From positions 1 through 64,000 of the forward strand of contig JBBQZX010000025.1 in the NCBI GenBank assembly GCA_038207335.1: a DNA stretch of 64,000 nucleotides. The letters run 5' to 3'. Shown piece by piece: positions 57,985 through 64,000 of this stretch. A program made the position numbers and the translations under genes. The DNA is from Chthoniobacterales bacterium. Lineage in GTDB: Bacteria > Verrucomicrobiota > Verrucomicrobiia > Chthoniobacterales > Chthoniobacteraceae. Within the stretch, counting starts at the first letter, position 1; the number at the start of each line of letters is the position of its first letter. The notes below the pieces were generated by a model. It was not told where the DNA came from. It did not search any database and saw only the letters and a list, made by a program, of their open reading frames with translations.

Positions 57985-60426
57985 TCAATACGTCAGCTCA
58001 GCCGTCGCCTTGCACGCCGCATCGCTCGTCACCCGCACCCAGTATCCCGCAAACCCCGCCGGAAACTCATGTATCACCTTCTCCCCCACTGGCACTGCGA
58101 ACGTTCGATACGGCTCCCAAGTCCCATCCCCCGCGACGTCCAACTCCACCGTCACATGCACAGCCTGCGCCGCGTCGTGCGACAGCGTGAGCACCTTGTG
58201 ATCGTAGCCGCGGAAAAGATACGGGTCGCTCGGCGTCCCCGCCGTCACCGCCGTCTCATGCCAAGGCCCACCGTGGCCCGTCGGGCGGCCGAGCGACCAC
58301 AGATCATCCACCGCCCCGAGCCACAGCGCCGCGTGCCCGTCCTCCGACCGGATGATGTGCTCGCCAGCTTGGTCATCCGCCGACACCCCGCTCAGCACAA
58401 GCAACCCGCGCCACGAGCAGTAGTCCGTGATCCGCAGCCGATGCGTCGTGATCGGTCGCATCTTGATGAACCCGCCCGCATTCTCCGCCGGCAGCTCATA
58501 AAACGTCCCCTCCGCCTGAAAAAGATCGCGCTCCGTGCACACCTCGCGATCCACGCGCAGCGGCACCGGCCCTTCTTTTTCAAAAGCCGCATCCCCGCGC
58601 GGCAGACGCCAACGCCGGCCCGCATCGTCGATCACCAGCACACTCGCCGCATCCGCCGAGATCACCCCGCGCGGCACCGCGGCATTCTTTTTTAAATATT
58701 CGTGCGCCTTCGCATCCTCCACCCGCTTGAGCTGCAGGTCGGCTCCCAATTCGTAATAGCCCACCCGCGTTTCTGCCGAACCCCTCACCTCACTCGCTGA
58801 AAACGCCAGCGTCCGCAGATTCTCCCCGCGCGCCCGCAGAATGCCGCCCGAGTAAGCCTGCGCATCCACTTTCGCCAGCCCCGCAAACCGGGCATCCGGC
58901 TCCGTCCCGCGCGTGTCCGCATTCGAGAAATGAAACACCGCACACACCTTTTCCGCCGCGCGATCCGCCCGCAGCCGCACCCACGCCCCCTTTTCCTCCG
59001 CCGTAAAATTCACCCACACATTCCCCTTCGCCGACACCTTCACCTCGCGCAGCGGCTTCCACGTCCCATCACCGGCATCCGTCTCCATCGCAAAAGTCAC
59101 TGCCTCCGCCGAGCCATGCGCCAGATGCAGCCCGCGCCTTTCAAACCCCGAAAACAAAAACGGGTCCGACACCTCCCCCGCCTTCACATCATCGTGCAAC
59201 CATACCGACCCTTCGCCCAGAGGCGGCCCGAAACGATCCAAATCCCCCGGCGCCACAAACCACAGATTCGACTGCGACTGCCCCGGCCCGATCAGGGCCC
59301 CCTTCACCCCGCGCTTGTTCAGGAATTCGCTCTTCGCCGCATCGTCGCACCCGAGCACCACCCGGTCGCCCCACCGCGCGAAATCCCCGACCACCTTCAG
59401 ATACGTCGAGCGAGGCGCGATCCCCGCCGTATTCCCCGCCGAGAAAGTCCGCGGAAATTTCCAAAACTCCCCGTGCATCGTCATTAGCAGCGGCCCCTCC
59501 CCGATCTCGCGGATGCGCGGCCACTCCGTATTCCAGCCGTGCGCCCCGTCGTAGCAGTGCGAAGTCTTCGGCAGACGAAAAGCGCGCCATTTCCCGCCAT
59601 CGAGCAGCATCAAAATCAGCGAGCGGTGATCGAACCCGATGCTCCACATCGGCAGCCCCTCCGCCCCCGTCGGCCGAATTCCCTCCGGCCCAGTCACATC
59701 CGTGAATTGATTCCGCCGCACCACCTTCCATCCCTCCTCCGCCTTCCCGCTCCACTCCGCCAGCGCCCCCGTCGGCGTCGCCGGGTCCGTCAGCGCCGCC
59801 TTCGCGTGATCGCCATTGTTCGCATACACATACCGACCCTGCCCCGAGTAAAACCCCTTCCCGTGATAGCCCGGCAGGTCCGAGTGCCGACCCTCCTTCC
59901 GCTGCTCATCCGCCCACAACTCCTTCACCTCCAGTGACTTCACATCCACCTCATAAACCCCCTCCTCCATCGTCGCATACAAAATCTTCCCTGCCGGTTC
60001 CTCCAGACTCCGCGCCATCCCCGTCAGCCTTCCGAACATCTTCGTCGGCGGCACCACGCGCACATGTCGCTCCCCATCGATCACATACGGCCCGATGAAA
60101 AGCTGCCCCGACTCCCCGTGGACCATCCGATTCGCCGGCGTCCCCCCCAGACTCTCCGAGCGGATCGTTTGCGCCAGCGCCCCATTGATTTCATAGAGCT
60201 TATCCGTCGAGCCCAAGGGCTTGTGCGGCGCATAAGTCACCACCCACAACCGGTCCGCCCACGGCACCACCGCTCCCGTCCCACACTCCCCCTCCTCATT
60301 GAACATCGCCAGCCCCGGATAAATCCCACTGAACCCCCGCGGCATCCCCGTTTCCTCCCCCTCCACAAGCGTCGCGAGTGAAAGTGTGGCGCAAAAAACG
60401 AATCGAGTGAGGAGGGAAAGTTTCAC
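57985..60426 (-). CDS. Secreted hypothetical protein, probably beta-rich
   Basis: Long ORF with a signal peptide from GTG 60426; an internally repeated SDP(F/Y)LF.G motif; no family recognised. Confidence 0.65.
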   Translation of the reverse strand: MKLSLLTRFVFCATLSLATLVEGEETGMPRGFSGIYPGLAMFNEEGECGTGAVVPWADRLWVVTYAPHKPLGSTDKLYEINGALAQTIRSESLGGTPANRMVHGESGQLFIGPYVIDGERHVRVVPPTKMFGRLTGMARSLEEPAGKILYATMEEGVYEVDVKSLEVKELWADEQRKEGRHSDLPGYHGKGFYSGQGRYVYANNGDHAKAALTDPATPTGALAEWSGKAEEGWKVVRRNQFTDVTGPEGIRPTGAEGLPMWSIGFDHRSLILMLLDGGKWRAFRLPKTSHCYDGAHGWNTEWPRIREIGEGPLLMTMHGEFWKFPRTFSAGNTAGIAPRSTYLKVVGDFARWGDRVVLGCDDAAKSEFLNKRGVKGALIGPGQSQSNLWFVAPGDLDRFGPPLGEGSVWLHDDVKAGEVSDPFLFSGFERRGLHLAHGSAEAVTFAMETDAGDGTWKPLREVKVSAKGNVWVNFTAEEKGAWVRLRADRAAEKVCAVFHFSNADTRGTEPDARFAGLAKVDAQAYSGGILRARGENLRTLAFSASEVRGSAETRVGYYELGADLQLKRVEDAKAHEYLKKNAAVPRGVISADAASVLVIDDAGRRWRLPRGDAAFEKEGPVPLRVDREVCTERDLFQAEGTFYELPAENAGGFIKMRPITTHRLRITDYCSWRGLLVLSGVSADDQAGEHIIRSEDGHAALWLGAVDDLWSLGRPTGHGGPWHETAVTAGTPSDPYLFRGYDHKVLTLSHDAAQAVHVTVELDVAGDGTWEPYRTFAVPVGEKVIHEFPAGFAGYWVRVTSDAACKATAELTY

Positions 60427-60539
60427 CCACCCAGCATTCTTTTCCCCGCCCCGATTTGTCACGCCTTCAGAGTGAAAATCGCGCCTCGTTCCCACCGCGA
60501 CCCTTCCGTGAAATCGCACGCCACAATCGCGCCCGCCGC

Positions 60540-60624
60540 TGCCGGTGACGGGACTCGAACCCGTACGGCGTTTTCACGCCAACGGATTTTAAGTCCGTTG
60601 TGTCTGCCATTTCACCACACCGGC
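60540..60624 (-). tRNA. tRNA-Leu (anticodon UAA)
   Basis: GCCGGTGTGGTGAAATGGCAGACACAACGGACTTAAAATCCGTTGGCGTGAAAACGCCGTACGGGTTCGAGTCCCGTCACCGGCA: cloverleaf, long variable arm, TTCGA T-loop; CCA not encoded. Confidence 0.96.
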
Positions 60625-60745
60625 TAACAGAGTAAAAATGCGATTCTACAGGATTATCTCCTACGCGTGTTCTACTTTTTGCTCGTGAAACGGCAAGCAA
60701 AGAGCAGGTGAGCACCGCAGTCTTTCATGCGTTGCGTTTAGCGGT

Positions 60746-60901
60746 GCGAAGGTTGCCCGCAACCGGAAAGTCCGCGCGCTCTGGAAACGAGGGGAGCGCC
60801 GCTACCTCAAATCGAAGTGGAAGGCGCACATCCAGTTCGAGGAATACAGGCGCCGAGACCGCGTGAGCATCAGCGTCGAGCGGCGACAGGCGAGTGCGTA
60901 G
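60746..60901 (+). pseudogene. Possible remnant of a tyrosine integrase N-terminus
   Basis: Start-less frame AKVARNRKVRALWKRGERRY... beside a tRNA. From recall it resembles N-termini of verrucomicrobial tRNA-associated integrases; unverified. Confidence 0.3.
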
Positions 60902-61026
60902 GGGATTGAAGCCAATCTGAAGTTGAACCCAATTAAACGACCCAACTGTTTTCCAGCCGATCTAGGACGCAAGTTTGGGCACGAAGACTTTAGCTGCGGT
61001 GAGCTCCTCCACCGAGCGCGCACACG

Positions 61027-64000
61027 TTACGGCAGGCTCAGGACGACCCGTCCGCCGAGGGTTTTCCCCGGGAAAAAGCCGAACGCCAGCCCGCTCTTGG
61101 GCAGGTAAACGCCTTTGCCGGTGACGGATCTCACGATGCCCGGCACCGCGACGGTGAGGGTGAATCGGCCGGTTTTCGCCGTGGTGACTTTCCACGTTTT
61201 CAGCGAGCCGGTGGGGACGGCGGGGACTCCGGTGGTCACCATCACGGCGTTGGTTTCCGTGGCGGCGAGGTTACCGCCGGAGAGCGTGAGCGTGCCGGCG
61301 CCGGCAAAGGTGAGCGTGCCGGGATAGACGCTGCCGGTGGTGGCGAGGTAGGTATTCACGCCGCCGAGCAAAAAGCCTTTGGCGGTGGCGGGCTGGGGCA
61401 GTTTTTGCCAGATGAGATCGCCCGTGAGGTCGGTGGCGACGAGATCGGACAGGGTGAGTTCGCCGCCGACGATGGCCGGCGGTTTCGGCCCTTTAGCGGT
61501 GGCGAAAAAGGCGAAGGTGGAATTGTCGCTCAGCCGGGTGCCGGCGCTAAAGGTGGTGCCATCCGGCAGCGTGCCAGCGACGGTGACGGCGCCGGTGGCG
61601 GTGATGCTGGCCGTGCCGTAGCCGCCGCCGGTGATGGCGATGTCCACGGGGGCCAGGATGAGGTTGAGCTTGCGCGCGGTGGCCGTTTTGACCGTGGGCC
61701 GCAGCGTGCCGGTAAAGGTGCCGCCCATGGAGGCGAGGCTGAGGCTGACGCTGCCGTTCGCATTGCGGGTGAGGGTGAGGTAGCCGAGCTTTGTGAAGAC
61801 GGAGCCGGTCGCGCCCGCGGTGGGGAGGGAGACTTTCGCGCTCACGGGCACGGCACCGCCGCGCAGCGCCACGGTGGCCAGCCCTTTTGCGGAGAGCGAG
61901 GCGGAGGCATAGCCCACCAGCACGCCCTGCGCATCCGCGATGAGACCGCTAAAGGCGGTGGGCGAGAGCACGGGGGCGGCGGCGGTGACGGTGACGGTGC
62001 CGATGCCGGTGGCGGAGGCGTCGCCCTGGACGGTGTAGGTGAAGGTGCCGGTAAAGCCGGCCGGCGCCACGAGCGTGCGGCCCTCGATCCTGATGAGGGG
62101 ATCGCTCACGGAGACGATGGTGAGGCCCTGGCCAAAGAGGTTGTCGTTCACCAGCACATCGATGCGGGTTTCGCCCTCGCTGGAAATTGCCGTATCCGCT
62201 GCGAGGGGCGCGGCGCCGCCGGCCGTAAGCGCCAGGGTGAAGGTGGGCTGGCTGGGATCGTTCGTCGTGAAGGTGAGGGTGTCGTTTTCCGAGCCCGTGG
62301 CCTGCGGCGTATGCCGCACGCTGAAGGTCGCCTGGTCAAAGCCGGGCACCGTGACGGATGAGCCGCTGGGAAAGTCATAGGCGGTGCCGGTCGCGAGAGT
62401 GCCCGAAACGGTGAGCGGCTGGCTGCCGAGATTTTGCAAGGTAAAGGTATTCGTGGCGGTGACGCCGGCGAAACCGTCGGCAAACGAACTGGTGGCGCCG
62501 GAGGTCACCTGGGAGTTTATCTGCGAGAAGCGCCACACGGCGAGTTGCGGCGCGGTGGCCCAGACGACCAGGCCGGCGGCGCTGGTGAGGGAGCCGATAT
62601 TGCCGAGGAAGGTCCGATCACCCGTGGCCAGGTTCACCTGGAAGAGGGTCACCCCGGAGCCCGAGCTCCCCTGGAGATAGCCAAAGCCCGTAGCGACGGC
62701 GCCGGAGTTGGCGACGGCTACCGGGGCGGGAATGGCGAATCCGGCGCGGCCGCCGAGTGCCCCCAGATTGAGGCTCAGCGGCGAGCCGAGCACACCGGCA
62801 TTGGACGGGCTCTGAATGAAGAGCGTGGAGGTGGTGGCGTTGAAGGTGTACTCGGTGGTGACGCCGCCGATAAGCGACTGGCCAAAGCTATTGGTATAGG
62901 CGGTCGCATGCCCCGCGCTGCTTCCGCCGTTGAGCGCCCCGTCGGTATTGATGCCAGCGACGGCGCCGGCGGCGCCGCCATTATCGCCATCCACTGGGGC
63001 GCCGGTATTTGGGTTGACGCGGAAATTCAGGCCGCTGCCGGTGACCACGCGCAGGCGATCGACGGTGGGGTTGAAATCGAGCCCGTAGCCGACGCTCGGG
63101 TCCGGGAGATCGACCTTAACGCTGCCATTCGTGGTGAAGGCGATCTGGCCCGTGGTGCCCACCGCGGTAGCGGCGCCGGTCTGCGGATCGAGGAGATAGA
63201 GCGTGGCCGTCTCGACTCCTTGGGTGGAATTCACTCCCAGGCCGTAGAGTTGGCCCGTTTGCGGACGGGCGGCGATCGCCACGATGGTTTCGCCGGCATC
63301 CTTGCCGTTGATGGACTGAGTGGTGACGGTGCCGGGCGTATTGGGATCGAAACGCACGAACTCGCCCGTAGTGGCATTGAGCGTGATCGCCGCGCCGAGA
63401 TCCGGGCACACCGCCGTGCTGCGCACGGCCAGCGGCACCGCCCCCAGCGACGTGACGACGCCGGTGACTAGATTGACGCGATAGAGCTTGGTGCTGCCGC
63501 CCTCCGTGGCTACGAGCAGCCCGCTGCCGCTGCCCACGGGGCTATTGCCGGCCGGGGCATTCACCCGGGGCTCGATATCGAAGCCGCGCACGGCCTCCAG
63601 AACCAGTGGGGCGCCGCCTAGAGTGAGCGGCACGGCGGAAGTCTGCGTGCCGGTATTGGGCGGCTTCTGGATGTAGAGCGCATTGGTGCCGGTGGCCACG
63701 GTGTAGAGCGTTGTAATGCCGCCATTGTTCGGGCCGTTATTCGTATAGGCGGCGCCTTGCACGTGGCCGGTGATGCCATTGAGGAAGCCATCGGGATTCA
63801 CGCCCGCCTGCGAGCCGGCCGCGCCGCCGAGATCGCCATCCACGGGGCCTCCGGTATTGGGGTTCACTCGGAAATCGAGGCCGCCGGCCACCACCACGCG
63901 CAGGCGATCGGCCGCGGGGTTGAAATCGATGTTCCAGACGACATCGACGGGATCCTCGAAATCGATGCCACTGGCGCCATCGAATGTGAAGGTGATGCTG
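61027..64000 (-). CDS. Large surface protein with tandem DUF4394-like domains and Ig-like domains (partial; 5' end beyond the window)
   Basis: DFNPAADRLRVV and DFNPTVDRLRVV, RP.TGQLYGL, AYTN motifs; FTLQNLGSQPL and IDVLVND Ig-like segments; frame stays open to 64000. Confidence 0.8.
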   Translation of the reverse strand, partial: SITFTFDGASGIDFEDPVDVVWNIDFNPAADRLRVVVAGGLDFRVNPNTGGPVDGDLGGAAGSQAGVNPDGFLNGITGHVQGAAYTNNGPNNGGITTLYTVATGTNALYIQKPPNTGTQTSAVPLTLGGAPLVLEAVRGFDIEPRVNAPAGNSPVGSGSGLLVATEGGSTKLYRVNLVTGVVTSLGAVPLAVRSTAVCPDLGAAITLNATTGEFVRFDPNTPGTVTTQSINGKDAGETIVAIAARPQTGQLYGLGVNSTQGVETATLYLLDPQTGAATAVGTTGQIAFTTNGSVKVDLPDPSVGYGLDFNPTVDRLRVVTGSGLNFRVNPNTGAPVDGDNGGAAGAVAGINTDGALNGGSSAGHATAYTNSFGQSLIGGVTTEYTFNATTSTLFIQSPSNAGVLGSPLSLNLGALGGRAGFAIPAPVAVANSGAVATGFGYLQGSSGSGVTLFQVNLATGDRTFLGNIGSLTSAAGLVVWATAPQLAVWRFSQINSQVTSGATSSFADGFAGVTATNTFTLQNLGSQPLTVSGTLATGTAYDFPSGSSVTVPGFDQATFSVRHTPQATGSENDTLTFTTNDPSQPTFTLALTAGGAAPLAADTAISSEGETRIDVLVNDNLFGQGLTIVSVSDPLIRIEGRTLVAPAGFTGTFTYTVQGDASATGIGTVTVTAAAPVLSPTAFSGLIADAQGVLVGYASASLSAKGLATVALRGGAVPVSAKVSLPTAGATGSVFTKLGYLTLTRNANGSVSLSLASMGGTFTGTLRPTVKTATARKLNLILAPVDIAITGGGYGTASITATGAVTVAGTLPDGTTFSAGTRLSDNSTFAFFATAKGPKPPAIVGGELTLSDLVATDLTGDLIWQKLPQPATAKGFLLGGVNTYLATTGSVYPGTLTFAGAGTLTLSGGNLAATETNAVMVTTGVPAVPTGSLKTWKVTTAKTGRFTLTVAVPGIVRSVTGKGVYLPKSGLAFGFFPGKTLGGRVVLSLP

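Overview
This is a GC-rich bacterial window, most likely Verrucomicrobiota (Chthoniobacterales-like). That assignment is inferred from PVC-type gene families: ECF sigma/FecR pair, LEPR-XLL-type surface protein, planctomycete cytochrome c-WD40, CotH/lamin-tail protein and sulfatases. The left 27 kb is accessory DNA built around the competence gene comM (YifB/Mg-chelatase family). It holds one intact comM, two decayed comM 3' halves (one direct, one inverted) and a fourth ~30-bp copy of the [16 protein letters not shown] core at 26.5 kb. Two of these cores bracket, as direct repeats, an ~18-kb lipid/polyketide cluster: amidase, TPR protein, AsnB amidotransferase, membrane methyltransferase, highly reducing KS-AT-DH-cMT-ER-KR-ACP PKS, stand-alone condensation domain, desaturase, ABC exporter and LolA-like carrier. 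Two other cores bracket the comM promoter and 5' part as inverted repeats, a possible invertible switch. The remainder is mostly housekeeping and PVC-typical genes: pilB-like ATPase, hisI-trpE-trpG, lipB, ruvC, a di-heme protein/protealysin/emfourin block, an FHA-kinase-TPR-LRR protein, nadK/tlyA, two sulfatases, pyrH-frr, a CotH protein, tRNA-Leu(UAA) with a possible integrase remnant, and a partial DUF4394-type surface protein. No intact integrase or CRISPR array was seen. All family calls come from motif recognition by eye; no searches were run.
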